From Tubiluchus corallicola (Eukaryota > Animalia > Priapulida): a DNA stretch of 64,000 nucleotides. The DNA is taken from positions 179,816 through 243,815 of the forward strand of contig JAQGDQ010000355.1 of the NCBI GenBank assembly GCA_030141605.1, written 5' to 3'. Of the stretch, positions 27,869 to 42,588 are shown piece after piece (positions within the stretch are counted from its first letter, which is position 1; every line of letters begins with the position of its first letter). The notes beneath the pieces were generated by a model. That model had not been told where the DNA came from and made no database searches. It saw nothing but the letters and a program-made list of their open reading frames with translations. A program made the translations under genes and the position numbers.

Positions 27869-28727
27869 CTTGTTTTTCTCTGATAAATTTCGTTTTGATA
27901 ACGCAATTTTTTTTTATTATTTTATGTGCAGCGGAAGCAATATGTAAGTTTCACATTTAATAATTTGATACTTAATATTAGCTATTGATTACTGACAGGA
28001 CTAAACGATACATAGTAATAAATGCAAATTAAATTTGAAATTCCGCCATGATTGTCCAAGTCATCTTCTTATTGTAGTGCCGAGTTGCTTCGTGGTATTG
28101 ATTACTCCACTAATGAAGTACGGTTGCAAGGTCTATTTAGTCTACTGTATAATTGTCCTGGAAATGGACTCACGCCTTACCAGAGGAATTTATTACACAA
28201 TCGCGTTTACGAGCAATCATGCCTCGTCAGTAGTTCTCTTATTCGTCTATCTAGGTAGCAGGAAATCAGATGCACTTTAGAAACGCCCAGAAATAATGAG
28301 GACAGGGCCATTTTGTTTTCGTTGCTAAGTTAACTTAGAAAATGATGCTGATAAATATTTATTATTATGCAAGTCCTACAATGAGCCTCTATTTGCAGGC
28401 AGAAATGATTTACATACGCTTTAAACTTTATGCAATATATATGGTTATATGAAACTTTATGTATATATACAGCAAAATACAGCGCTAACAGAAGTTAAAA
28501 GTAGTTCGGTGAATAAAATTATATCGCATATTAAATTTTAACGACTTTAACTACATAAAATTTACAAAAAATCTGAAACTAAATAATGTTTTGGCGCTAA
28601 AATTCATTACAGTCATTATTATTAACATTAGCTACCAAGGTTATGCAGAATAAATAAATAGTTAACAGAAGCCAAATTTTTGACTCTATGAATTAGAAGT
28701 TTTAATAAAGTTGTGTTGTTTTGGTTG

Positions 28728-28975
28728 CAAGCACCAAATATTCTGAGGTTTGAGCTTCCTCTAAACAGTCGCAAATAGAAGCTCATTTATTAGTGCTTTA
28801 CATGTACTCTCCTGTCTTTAAGACATCTAAGCACCAAGTGTTCCGAGGTTTGAGCTTCCTCTAAACAGTCACAAATAGGAGCTCATCTATTAGTGCTTTG
28901 CGTTTACTCTCCTGTACACTCAGACGTCTAAACACCAAATGTTCTGGGGTTTTGAACTTCCTCTAAAAATCGCAA
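28728..28975. repeat. ~100-bp tandem repeat, about 2.5 copies
   Basis: caccaa..ttc.gaggtttgagcttcctctaaa at about 28731, 28831, 28932. Confidence 0.8.
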
Positions 28976-31063
28976 AAAAGTCATCTGTCATACCAAAGTC
29001 TGTGCAGAACTTAACAAAGCAAAGGAAGACAACGGAAAGGAAAGAAAGGTCACCACACACGTCATTAAGCTCGCAAAACGCTAGAATTCTACACTCGATG
29101 GCGAAATTTTATTTGACATTCTAAAAGGGAATGAATGTAGCCTTGTTGAACACCATTTACCTTCCTTGCAAAGTGTCTTGTCAACACTTTCCTCGCAGAC
29201 AATAACCACACTTGAAACTATCACTGAACTGGTATGTATGCTCGTGTGGCTGCTCTTACTGTCTTTCAAACCTCTTCGTATCTTGCCTCTTCTACTCCGC
29301 CTTGTTGGGCTTCAATTCAGCATAACCTGTTGACGTTATTACAGCAACGTGCCTGCTGAGAGACCTCTCATCTAGCAGACTTGTTTGTGATGGAATTTAC
29401 TCTCTTATTATCATCAAACGCAATTTCAGCCCAATTTCCGCGGCGTGATAAATCCATGACGCATTTAAATTTCATCAGGGCGAAATCAAGGTCCCTCCTT
29501 GCAAATTACAAACCTCGCGGCTGCCTAAGGCTGAATGTAACACGGGAGGGGTGAAGCAGCCTTTATATCTCCGTTACCATTGTCTAAGGGTTCATGGGAA
29601 GACTAGGTAACAGTGACCTTTGGACAACCTTTCTGCTGTGTGCTTGTCAACGATGACGAGTTTAGTGTAGCACAGAGAAATGAGCTCGAGCCCGTTTTTA
29701 CAGCTGAAAGTTAATTTTTTGATTTTTGGAATGTTTGATCTACTGATTAAAGTACGCAATTTCAAATTTGATTAAGTAAGTATTGACCTTCAAATCATGC
29801 TTTGCTAAAACTAGTTTTTTAAAACACTCATATATTTTCTAACTTAAGGTTTATTAGTAAAAAAATCCTCTTTGGTTTAGTTGTAACGCCATTGTTTAAC
29901 ACAGCCATTTTATACATGCTGATATTTATACATGCCACAATAGATATTCTGACCAGTTCAGTTACTAACTCATCACTTATCAGCAATTACCATTGATTTT
30001 GATCAACATTTGTTTATCAGAATTAAAATTTATTGCTAAACGTTACGTTCAATGTTTTTGTGGTTAACAATTTCATCAGTATTTTTTCAGTACAATACAA
30101 ATGAAATTTCTCTATTTAAGAATGGCTGCCATGTTGTACTTGTGTATTGGCTTATTTCAATAATTAAGGGTATTATTGATCTAGGTTCATTGCAAAAAAT
30201 CTTGCTAGATAACTGAAAAAAATGCCACTGTTTCAACTCGTCCCAGGCTGTGTTACACACAACATACCCCCAGTGAGGGGTTTATTGTTGCATTTTTATT
30301 TTTCCTCATAACTCTATGGTTTCGTAATCCTTTACAATGTTAATGACTACATTTGTAGAGAGCTTTGTGTACTTTGTCTGGGTACCAGTCTATGATAAAG
30401 TCACTAAGCCATTATGTATTTTCAAGAGAAAATATATGAAACGTTACAATCATTCCCGGTTTCTCCGAGAAGCCCCTGTAACCTTCGTACTCACCACTCG
30501 CTGATTAATTGACTCTATGATCTCTTTGGCTTTCATGAATTTCTCATGCGCCTCGATTAGCGGTTAAAGAAAAAGAAGAAGTTTGAACTCTCTCAATCAA
30601 TTTGATTCCCGCCGTTCTCCCGCAGCTTGCTTTACCGGCGCCATGGGACGCATAACGCCGTCGTTTTCTTAGCAAGGCAATTTCGATGATTTAACTCAAA
30701 TTGCATTTCTGCAGACTGTAAAGGCAGACTCGTAAACACTGTGAGAAGGCAAAGACTGAAGGAGATTAAATCATCTCTACGATGATTAAATGTGATCACT
30801 AAGGCATTAATATCTTGTCCCGCTGGGTCTACATATATAAACTACTATATATATATATAAACAGCTAGGCCTACTATTATGAAGGGTTACAGTGACAATA
30901 AGTCTTGCTGCGTGCGTGCTTGAGCATTATATAAGTAGGCCTACTTATAGCAGCAGTATAATTGTAACTTAATTGTTAATCTTGACAATCTTTAGTTTCC
31001 TTGTTTCTTATAAAACATTTTTATTTTTCGATCGAAAATAATATTTTGCCAACAAGCAACTAA

Positions 31064-31737
31064 AGCACAAGAAAATCTCGCACTTTCATAAAGCTTAAAA
31101 ATTCGTCTTGAAATTTTATACCACTTACGTACTGCCTTTTTGCATGCCAGGCTTGTTTTGGCAGTAACGCTGTATAAAACTTGTAAATTTAAACTCCCGC
31201 GATGACCGTTAGATGCAGCCATTTTGACATTAAGTCATTTGAAACAAGTTGAGATAACACTGGGTAAAGGTTGATAAAATAATCAGAGCATTCGTAGCGC
31301 ACACGTTTCTAGTTAAATAAAACTTTAAATTACTGTATCTTGTCTGTAAGATTGAAAATACGTTTCTTGGTTAGTGATTGGTGCACCCTGGAGATGAGTC
31401 AATGACATTTTACTAATTGGCACAAACATTTAAAATTATTATTTCTAGTTACATAACTCTTTCAAGCAGGTGAGCGAAATGTTAAGTAATATAACCGTGC
31501 ATAGAAAGTTTCAAGGGGGCATAGTACAACATTTCCTTTTCTTCCTCTGATTTACGTTGTGCGTATATGACGTCATGTAATGGCGCGGTCGGAACAGTAT
31601 TGCGGGAGATTTAAATCAAAAACAGTCAAAAAATCCTTTCAACGCAAGTACAATATATGCAAAAAATTGCCATAAAGTAATATAATTTTTAAGGCGATTT
31701 TTCTGTAACCTACTTCAGGTACCCCTTTTCTTGTCCT
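31064..31737 (-). mobile_element. Kolobok/T2-like MITE family B, full copy
   Basis: ctaa|AGCACAAGAAAA ... TTTTCTTGTCCT|TTAA. Reverse complement of 44896-45553. Confidence 0.82.
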
Positions 31738-32689
31738 TTAAGCTGGTAATATATTCTCAGTTATTTACAGCATCGTTGAAACAAAGCGTAGAATTATAAT
31801 TGTAAGTCAAACTAATACACCAAACAAGAATGAGGAGGAAAGACAAAGCAACACATATGATAAGTTGAAAGAAAAGCTAAGAGAAAGGAATGTTATTATG
31901 ATCGGCAAGGGGAAACCTTTTAGAAGGAGTAACAAAATTTTAAACTAAGTTAAGAATATTTTGATCATAATTAAATAAGCATTGCAAGATAACATGGTGG
32001 AAATATTATGCCATGGATTCATGGAATCGATGATGTTAAATGGAAGGACATTGGAAGCTGCAAATTATCAAATTTTGCCCTACAATTTCTCACTGCAAAT
32101 ATTTGGTTCTGCTTAATTTATATGTTTGTGTGATAATCGCCATTGCTTTTCGTCATTGGAAATCTGATACGTTTACAAATTACTCCATTCAGAAATTTAG
32201 AATGTGGTCATAAAATATCAATCATTGAGTCTAAAACATACGTTTTACTGTGCAGTTAAAACATAGGTGTTAAATCCTATTATATACAAGCGTAAGTTCT
32301 TAGCATCTACGCAACGTACTGAAGCGTGAAATACAAAAACTGTCACACTTGAGACTTCCTCTTCTGTCTCCTAATTAGTAATTTCTTCCTCTGTAATTTC
32401 ATAATCGTCTTAAATATTGTCTTTATAGCAATTATTTAGTTAAAAGGCTTATACAACCCCAACAAACATTGAAGTTTCTTTAACGCGTTATTATGATTAC
32501 ACAAAGAATTCATAGTTATTATTAAACAAAAGAGATTTATAAATTAAATCAATAACTTAAATAACTTTTCTGGTGAATTTCTAACGCGTGCATTGCCGTA
32601 AAGATCGGCATGTTTCACGTCTTTAGCGCGAGTGAGCGAGAATGACGTACGCGGTACAGAAAGCGTCTTTAGTTACCGATGTTTGTTTA

Positions 32690-33372
32690 CCATCATCATT
32701 CATCATCCAACGAATCATACGTCGAGGGACATGATTCTGCTCGCCTCCCTATGCCAGGACTCCCTACTCGCTGCAATGCCCCAAGTGGATTTATTTCTAA
32801 GGATCAATGCTGAAGTGTTTAAATCTTTCTGTGCAAAATCTAAATATGTTAACATTTGTCCTCCTGCAGGTTTTTTAGCTGGTTCTATGGCTTGTTGAAG
32901 AGCTATCTTCACTGGAACATCATCAGGTAGTCTAAGCATATACCCAATCCATCTTAAACGGCGTCTTTTTATTTTTCTTGTCCAAGGTTCTTCTTTTATT
33001 TTTTCATATAGATCTTTGTTTGAAATTTTCTTTGGCCATCTAATACCCAAAATGTTTCTGTAATTTCGCCTTTGAAACGCATCGATTTCAGCTTTATGAT
33101 TTGCTTTTAATGTCCAGAGCTCAGAGTTATACAGTTTCAACTAAGGCTGAGAATATTCTAATTTTTGTTTCCAAAGAAATCTTCCTATTCTCAAAAACAT
33201 TTGTGAGTTTTGAGTAAGCTGATAATGCCATTATCTTCCGTCTTGATATGTCGTCTTCTGTTGCCAGCAGACTACCGAGATACTTGCATCTTTGCCTTGA
33301 TTCATCACCACGGCGTGTTACATGAAACTCTTCAGTTTTATTTTTGTTTACAACGAGATCCATTGTTTGTTT
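32690..33372 (-). pseudogene. RTE-clade LINE 3' fragment (frameshifted RT C-terminus)
   Basis: CKYLGS..DISRR..KIRIFSALV / LYNSELWTL..IDAFQRR..ILGIRW..ISN..RRRLRWIGY.LR, frameshift near 33130, (GAT)n tail. Confidence 0.88.
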
Positions 33373-33834
33373 ACCAATCTTTGGTGACCTCTTGACTGCA
33401 CTCATTACGTCATTCGTCTCGCGCAACGAAAAATGGCGGTTCTTCAAACTTAATACCGCTAACAACGAAGCGATAAAAATCAAAAGAAACGAGTTTTACA
33501 GCAAGTTTATAAGAAAATAAATTGAATATTCGTAATGAGAGTTGGATTTTAAGTTGTAAAAGCTTACATTATAGTGAGGGTTTTTTTGACTTAATTTAGG
33601 TTTAAGAACTCTGTGGGTTATTTGAACGTTGTCATTAAAATTCATTTTAATGGTTTTTAATTAGGTATAACCAGTAATTGTTTTCCAACTTTTTCTTTAT
33701 TGTATGTCTGTCTCTGTACTCAAAATGAACTGATTGAAAAATCAATCTATTTAATTTTAAAAGCAGTATAGAATATATAATTTCTAGCATCGACAAGGAC
33801 ACTGGCAGACATCTTTCCATCCATGTTTATTTAA

Positions 33835-34190
33835 AGGAAAACCGGATGATTGTGTAAACATTAGTTCAGAATAAAGAATGCTCTAAAATATTGAAAAGTG
33901 CGATAGCTTTTTTTAAATCAAAGCTTAGATTAAATAATAATTACGTCGCATACTCAAACTTTCAAAGCTGCGTGCTCGCGTGGTCGACAAATAGAAGGCG
34001 GTACCGCGATAAGCATGATCATGAACTGCAGTGTTAGTTTCTGACATCAAATGATGTAAAACACATTTTTCGTGACATCATGCTTTTAAACAGAACTGTA
34101 ACACTTACACAAACATGCTTGATGCGCAAGGGAAGATGCCTGCCATTGCACAAACTGTGGTTAGTTTCTGACGTAAGTAATAGCTGTGTT
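33835..34190 (+). mobile_element. Kolobok-like MITE family C, truncated
   Basis: TTAA|AGGAAAACCGGATGATTG terminus. Colinear with the copies at 52498 and 60949. Confidence 0.78.
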
Positions 34191-34629
34191 TTAGAGTTTG
34201 ATAATAATGCGTTTACGGACAAGCTGATTATTATTTAAACAGCCATAAGAATGTCTTAGCTTACAAGTAGTGAATGAAAAACAATGACAGTTGGTAATGA
34301 GATAAGAGATCATTCACACTTGCGAAGGTATTTTTGCGTTTACATAAATTCTCTGCGTGTTACGCGATTTAGTAAGTTGGAATCAAACGTAAATGCGGAT
34401 GCAAAAAAGACGCAATGCATTCTTGGAGTTTTGAAAGATATTCCCTGAATTTCCCACCTTTCCCTGAAACATGAACCTCGATCACCATAAGTATTTTATA
34501 GGTTTCGACTGGCAATTTATTTCCCAGCAGTAAGCGGCTTGACTCAGAGTGTAAATATTGATTTTTTTTCTTTGCAACCGGTTTACTCATTCCTTGGAAA
34601 AACACTTCTATTATCTATTTAACACTATC

Positions 34630-35110
34630 TATTAAAATTAAGATACGAAAACAGGCAGCAGGAGTACCGATATAATATGTTTTTGTTTCTTAATATTTTG
34701 ACATTATCTATGTAGTATAATTAAAAACTACAACAATAACTGCCGATGAATCTGTTTTTGTATCTTAATATTTGAACATTGTAGTAAAATTAAGATACTA
34801 AAACAGGCAGCAAGGAGTGCCGATATATCTGTTTTTGTATCTTAGTATTTTAACATTGTAGTAAAATTAAGATACTAAAACAAGCAGCAGGGAGTGCCGA
34901 TGTATCTGTTTTTGTATCTTTATATTTTAACATTGTAGTAAAATTAAGATACTAAAACAGGCAGCAGGGACTATGAATATATCTGTTTTTGTATCTTAAT
35001 CTTATTATCTGTGTAGTAAATATATATATTTATTTATATATATATATATATATATCGGCAGCCTATTTATTATCTATGTAATAAAATTAAGATACAAAAA
35101 CAGACAGCGG
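34630..35110. repeat. ~77-bp minisatellite with internal hairpin, about 6 copies
   Basis: Period 77 (34781, 34858). AAGATAC.AAAACAG ... CTGTTTTTGTATCTT in each unit. Confidence 0.82.
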
Positions 35111-35339
35111 ATATATATATATATATACTATACATATATACTATACTATATATATACTATATATATATGTTTTGTGTATTAATTTTACTAGATAGTGTTA
35201 AGATATTTGCTTCGAATCATGCGTTTATTGAATATATACATACAAAGTTGTATAAAAAAATATTTGAAACAGTTAGTGCATGTCAAAGTCAAACTGCGTT
35301 ATAGAAACGGCGTTATATATCTACAGAACTTTTTAACAA

Positions 35340-35800
35340 ACTTCTCCTCACCTCAGCCCCACTCGCCTAACTTTACTTCACCTCACCTCACTTCACCTCT
35401 CCTCACTCACTTTTCCTCACATTTACCTCACATCGTTTCATCGTACCTCACCTTACTTTGCTTCACCTCACCCAAAACAGCTCACCTCACTTCAGCTCAG
35501 CTAACGTAGCTTCAGCTCAGTTCAGCTCTCACTTCACTTCACTTCACTTCACCTCTCCTCACCTCACTTTACCTCACATCGTTTCCCCTCAACCTCACCT
35601 TACTTCGCTTCACCTCACCTCACCTCAACTCAGCTCACCTCACTTTAGCTCAGTTCACCTTGCTTCAGCTCAGTTCAGCTGTCACCTCACTTCACCTCTT
35701 CTCTCCTCACCTCACCTCACCTCACTTCACTTCATCTCATCTCATGTCACCTACTTCACCTAATTCACCTTACTTACTTCACTTCATTTCACCTCACCAT
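35340..35800. repeat. Degenerate (CACCT/CACTT)n pentanucleotide repeat
   Basis: Seen directly. Confidence 0.85.
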
Positions 35801-36015
35801 TTGTCTAGTCTTTTTACCATTTTAACGTGTTTGCTTTTCTCTACGTGAATATGCCTTCTCTTGGTACTTTCAATGGTAAAAAAGCGCTAAGATATTACAG
35901 TTAAACGAAATCTAACTTAAAACATTAGGTCCAGAGCTACTGTGATTGTGTGCCTGAGTGTCTGAATATCTTACTAATGTCTGAAAATCAGTTTTCATTT
36001 CCTACTATTTACTAG

Positions 36016-36141
36016 GGAATGGCCTGGGAATGAAAGTAGTAGGAGGAAAACAGATCCCTGGTACAAAGAAAGAAATTGGTGCCTACATTGCAAAGATTTA
36101 CCGTGGAGGCGTCGTAGACACGTTGAACGAAGTACAAGAAG
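36016..36141 (+). CDS. PCLO: Piccolo-like exon: PDZ core
   Basis: ttactag acceptor, G|gtacta donor. GNGLGMKVVGGKQIPGTKKEIGAYIAKIYRGG is very close to the recalled Piccolo PDZ (GNGLGIRIVGGKEIPG..EIGAYIAKI). Confidence 0.93.
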
Positions 36142-36149
36142 GTACTAAA

Positions 36150-36707
36150 AATAAACCTTTTCACAGTTCTGTCATGCGCACGCGCAGCTGCTGTAAGTCA
36201 AAGGTTAAGTGAATTCGAGCAACGCGTTTTAACTACAACAGTCACGTGACATTTGGATAAAGCAAAGCTGTGTGCCGCATCAGTTCAGTAACATTAGTTA
36301 TTAACACCATTTCCTTGTTGATTTATGTGGTCTTTACTTAATTATTTCGCATTTCATATTTATCGGGTAATCATAATTACAATTCGCACCATACACATAT
36401 CGATTATAAAGATACAATTACACACATATACAGCGCTACAAAAAACCCATACCACGTTATCAAGAACACAATTACACAAGTCAAACTCAACAATTTATAC
36501 CAAAGACACAACATCAATTATGCATTAGTTAGTGCGATGCAGAACGATTTTCTAGCAGCATCTTGGGAACAACAAAAAAGAACTGTTACTAGTACATTAG
36601 CACGGGCTGCGAGGCGTTGTCAAGTGTACATAAACGCATAGTTTGGTACACTTAACCTTTGACCTTTTCACGGTCATTTTCAATCGCTGGAACCGTGAGA
36701 AGGTTTT
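36150..36707 (+). mobile_element. MITE family F copy with ~200-bp internal insertion
   Basis: aataaaccttttcacagtt ... aaccgtgagaaggtttt. Body shared with the copies at 49157, 57968 and 61973. Confidence 0.7.
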
Positions 36708-36895
36708 AACATAGTTTGTGTCATCAGTAAACAATTATAATATCAACTGCAGTAATTTTTGCTAAAATTTTTCGTCAAAATGAAAAAAGACGCAGTGTTC
36801 TGTTTCGTATACGTAAATCTTAAACGAAGCTTTCAATTCTGAGAGAAATGTTTTTTCGATAAAGTATGATTTTTTCAATATTTGTTGAATAAAAG

Positions 36896-37004
36896 GTGAT
36901 CAAGTGTTAGAGTGGAATGGTATCAGTCTTACAGGAAAAACGTATGAAAAAGTTCAGCAAATTATTCAGTCATCTGACGCAGAAGTTGAGATACTTGTAA
37001 GATG
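36896..37004 (+). CDS. PCLO: Piccolo-like exon: PDZ C-terminal part
   Basis: aaaag acceptor, TG|gtaggt donor. [36 protein letters not shown] matches the RIM/Piccolo PDZ signature VLEWNG..L..KTYEEV..II. Confidence 0.93.
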
Positions 37005-37038
37005 GTAGGTAAAAATACGTTTAATTTTGTTGAATCTA

Positions 37039-37039
<1 letters not shown>

Positions 37040-37100
<61 letters not shown>

Positions 37101-37350
37101 TGTTGCTGCTATTGCTGCTGCTATTACTAATGCTGTTGCTGCTGCTGCTGCTGTTGCTGTTGCTGCTGCTGCTGGTGCTGCTGCTGGTGCTGCTGCTGCT
37201 GCTGCTGCTGCTGTTATTGCTGCTGCTGCTACTGCTCCTGCTGCTGCTCCTCCTGCTGCTGCTATTGTTAATGCTGTTGTTGCTGCTGCTGTTGCTTGTT
37301 GTTGCGGCTACTGCTGCTGCTGCTATTGCTGATGCTGTTACTGCTGTTGT
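37040..37350. repeat. (GTT)/(GCT)n microsatellite
   Basis: Seen directly. Confidence 0.92.
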
Positions 37351-37433
37351 CAAATCAAACTACTGTTCGAATTGGCCTTATCTTGTTTAACTAAGCATCA
37401 ACTATAATACTTACGTATTTTTGTTCTTTTTAG

Positions 37434-37525
37434 TGGAGCCAACATGTCCGGCAAGGTCCAGTTGAGGAGTGACCGGTCATCATATGATAATCTTAATGAA
37501 GATGCCATGACAGGCGATAGTTACA
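37434..37525 (+). CDS. PCLO: Piccolo-like exon: PDZ-C2 linker
   Basis: ctttttag acceptor, A|gtaagt donor. Open frame (C)GANMSGKVQLRSDRSSYDNLNEDAMTGDSY. Phase 2/1. Confidence 0.75.
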
Positions 37526-37971
37526 GTAAGTTTTATATTTTTGTTTCCCATACTGTTTAGCTGTGTCAAATATTGTAATTTCATTCAAACAATACAACGA
37601 GGATCGTCAGGTTCATAAATTTGCTATCGTGAAAATCGTGACACTGTCAGTCTTTTTAAAGGGTTTCTTTGAGAAAAAACCTTTTACAGAAAACCTGACA
37701 TGAAAGATTTTTCACAAGAAACTCTTTCAGAAGGGTTTTTCTGCAATGATAGAATAAGCTCGCAATTGTTGAATTTTGAAACCAAATTTGCTTCGAAACA
37801 GGAAATATGAAAAAGTTGGCACAACCTAGTCCCTGGTTCAAATCCAGACTGCTTCCCAATTTTTCTCATTTCTTGTCTTGGAGTAAAAGCTTCAATTTTT
37901 CCTCAAAGTTCCAATCTTTAAGATTTCAAACAAACTAGCAATTTTAACAAATTCTGGGTTCATTCCATCAG

Positions 37972-38146
<175 letters not shown>

Positions 38147-38657
38147 CCTGAAATCATAAATAATGAGTTTTGTTTCCACTAGAGCATTTTTAAAGAATAG
38201 CCGTCTTTAAATAACCGAAAATTTACCTGGAAATCATTATTAAACAAATTAAATCATGTCATTCATTTTAAATTAAGTGTTACTATATAAACGCTGCAGT
38301 ATATCTCTCATGAATCAATCATACTCTCTATACAGAGCTATAGAACTAAGTCATGAATCTCTCGATTTGCTATTTGATTGGGTCACTGGGTGTGGACGAA
38401 ATGTATCACTAATAAAAGAGTCAACGACTTCGTGAAAATAACACAGTTGTTTATTTGATAAATTTCAACTGCCTTATCGCCTATCTTCAACCAAGTTTAA
38501 CATGAAAACACATCGAGGCAAAAACAAAACGGCAGACGTAGATATGAAGAAGTCCAGTAATAAAACTGCAGCTTTACAAGTAGCAAATCTAAAACCATAA
38601 AACCGAAACGACGAAGTTCTCAAAAATTTCTATGAAATACGCATAAATGATACAACA

Positions 38658-38707
38658 AATGATGATGATGATGATGATGATGACGACGACAACGACGACG
38701 ACGACGA

Positions 38708-38741
<34 letters not shown>

Positions 38742-38789
38742 GGTGGTGGTGGCGGCGGTGGTGGTGATGATGATGGTGGTAGTGATGAA

Positions 38790-38838
<49 letters not shown>

Positions 38839-38856
38839 GTGATGATGGTAATAATA
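38658..38856. repeat. (GAT/GAC/GGT)n compound microsatellite
   Basis: Seen directly. Confidence 0.92.
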
Positions 38857-38986
38857 ACAGCTTTTAAAAAAAAATAAAATTAAATTAAAATAAAATTATT
38901 GTCACAACTACACTACCACTGTCATGACTTTGACCATAACTAATGAAATAAGATAATTTTGCTTTAACTGACTATTACGTGTTTAA

Positions 38987-39545
38987 AGGAAAAGTCAAGT
39001 CTTCTGGGAAGTTCGGCTTGTATCAATGTTCAAAAAATGTTAGAAGAATTAATTTTTAAAAATGTGATAAGCGCTTCAGGTAATAAGTAAAATGACTTGT
39101 ACATTGCGATTATTTCACGTTTGGGCGCTCCAATTTTGAACGTCCATTCTTGCACCAATGACGTCGTTCATTGGCTGAAAAAAAGCAGCACACTGTCAAT
39201 TTCTATCAAAAGTCTGAATATTTTTTTTGCAAAAATATAGATTACTAATTTTGTGCATTTTTGCATGAACATTGGATAAGCTGCAAAGTTTTGAATTAAT
39301 TTAAGCATCGCGCTTGCAGAAAGCCACGCTACTCTTACGAAAACTCACGAAATCCACCAGTTACGTCATCATTTTCTCATGAATGGCGGCTACCGCCGCG
39401 GCTGAAAATTTCTGTACAGCGGTAATATAAATTGATTCCATGCTTTATAGACAGTGTTTTTTGCAAATTTCTTTGTTATAATTTTCTGAAATTTAAGTGA
39501 TAATTTTAAAATAAACCCAACATGCTAAGTGGCTTATCCATTCCT
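38987..39545 (+). mobile_element. Kolobok-like MITE family E
   Basis: TTAA|AGGAAAAGTCAAGTC ... GGCTTATCCATTCCT|TTAA. Confidence 0.75.
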
Positions 39546-39775
39546 TTAATACTTTTTCAACACGTTTTTTACGTTATTTAGTGACTGCCTATGATACAGA
39601 AAGCCGTACTACCGATAAACATCAACACATCCTTCTCTTTATAAGCCATGGGCTTTGATGTCCTTTTTCACAATTTCTAACTTTAATCATCTAAATTTGT
39701 AAATACGTGATGTCATTTGCAGGTTGGCTTCTGTTTATTTTGTGTTTTACTTGTACTGATGAGACCTTGTTTTAA

Positions 39776-40315
39776 AGTAAAAAACAAGTCACTCAGTATG
39801 TTGGGTTTATTTTACTGTTATCGCTTAAACTTAGGAAAATATAAGAAAGAAATTTGCAAAGAATTGCCTATAAAGCATAAATTTAAAATATGCTACATCT
39901 GAATAGAAATTTTTAGCCGTGATGGTTGCCGCCATTCACTTGAAAATAATGACGTAACTGGAAGAGTTCGTGACATAACTTGGCTTTCCGTAAGCGCGTG
40001 CCGCCATTAAACTAATTCAAACATCTGCAGCTTACCTAATGTTCATGCAAAAATATTACAAAATTAGTTATCTATTTTTTTATAAAAAAACGTATTATAC
40101 TTTTGGTGAAAATTGACAGTGCGCTACTTTTCTTCAAGACGAATGACGTCAGTGGAAGAAGAATGAGCATTGAAGATGGGAGCGTTCAAGCATGAAGACA
40201 TCGTAAATTTAAAATGATTTTACTAATTACACGAGGCATTGCAGTTTATTGCAGTTTTATTACTAAATCCTTCTAATACTTTTCGCGAACATTGTAATAA
40301 GCCTAACCTCCTAGA
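39776..40315 (-). mobile_element. Kolobok-like MITE family E, inverted diverged copy
   Basis: Reverse complement of 38987-39545 (ccagttacgtcatcattttc / gaaaataatgacgtaactgg). Confidence 0.72.
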
Positions 40316-40769
40316 AATAAATAAAAAAATACGTAAAGACCTTGGTTCACAGTCTGAATCTAGTAAGCAATACATCCTATAGTCCTGCCAACAAACATTG
40401 ATTATTGTGGCGTTGCCAGGAAGTAAATTTTCTGACGTCTTAAGAACTTTGTCAGAAAAGTCTCTTAAAGATTTAGCAAAACAGGATTCTCTGCTAGAGA
40501 TTTAGGAGAAGCATCATAGCTGAGATGGATAATGATGAAACCCGTATGTATGGCTTGTCCGGGTAGATAAAGACGACTAGCCAGCAGTGAGGGATTTACA
40601 GCAGGAAGATACTTAGTATGGAATTAATTGAATGCCTGAATTAGGTTAGCTGACTCGGCTGGATTTTCAGCGAGTTTTCTACAGTATTGATTGATGAGCA
40701 TCTTGAAAGTTTGAATTGCAGTGTGACTGTAACATAAACTGTGCAGAACAAGAACACCTTATAGTCACG

Positions 40770-41041
40770 GGAAGCTGCTTTTTCTGGACTCCTAGTAAAT
40801 CACTCTACGCGCAGACTAATGCATAATTAAGGAAAGCATACACAAAACAACTGAAGTTAATGAACTGATGCGGCAGCCGGCTTTGCTTTACACGCATGTC
40901 ACGTGGCGGTTGTAGTTAAGACGCGTTGCTGTGGTACACATAACCAGTAACCACGGAGCTGAACACTTATATGGAGTATATGGAGAACCTTTGACCTACA
41001 GCAAATGCGCGTGCGCACAACGAAACTGTGAAAAGACTTGT
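40770..41041 (-). mobile_element. MITE family F, partial inverted copy
   Basis: ctagtaaatcactctac..cagactaatgcataattaa..gctttgctttacac..aactgtgaaaagac. Confidence 0.7.
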
Positions 41042-41756
41042 TGAGTTAGAAGTGCTTAATAACTGTAGGAACCCACGCTGCAACATTCATTCTACTCCTG
41101 CTTCGTTTACGTAATCCCCATCCTGTCCTCTTCCGCTTACTTAATAGCCTTCCGTTTTTGCCTAATTGCGCGTCATTACAGTCAATGTGATTTGTGAAAG
41201 GAATGCTAATGTTCCTACAACATGCATATCCGCTATCTACCTTGGCTATTACCTGCCTAACTATACAGATCAGCAATAATTATTATCATCAGGGCCCAAT
41301 AGTATCTGTAGGCTACAGTCTAGGACCCTTGAGCTTTGGGCCCTCAAGTTTGAACGGCCATGCTTAAAGATTGCATTTGTGAGTATAATATTTTACCTTA
41401 TTACATTACTCGATAATTTATTTAACTTAAAATAAAATTCAGCTTAAAAAACGAGGGCCAGGAGTCTGAAAACTTAAGTTTACTCCTCCACGTATTGTCA
41501 GATATAGCAGAACTTGGCTTCCTTACTGCATGTTTGCGTCATTCCGTGCATCTAGTGGGGTTATAATAGCATTAATATTTAAGCTGATTCATTCCCAGCT
41601 TGTAGAAATTGATCGTTGATAATACGAGAATTGCACAGTCATCATCTGGTGTGAAAATCAGATTACAATCACGTTAAGCAAGAGCTTTTACTGAGGTAGC
41701 CAGTCCAGTAGAATAGTGTTTATTATTATTGTTATAAATCTTTATTCAGAAAATAC

Positions 41757-42378
<622 letters not shown>

Positions 42379-42588
42379 TTCTGTTGCCTAAAATCCATAT
42401 AAAAATGCTCGATGAAATACAAACATTTAAAATTTACATTAACTGTTTATATTTAATGTTTGACTAATTGTTTCTGCCTATTTCTTGAACAAGTCATCAA
42501 GTTAGTGAACAACCATATACACATTTTCTAAACAAACATCTATATACGTGTTTAAAATTTAATTTTGTTTAACTGTAATTTTGTCTAG

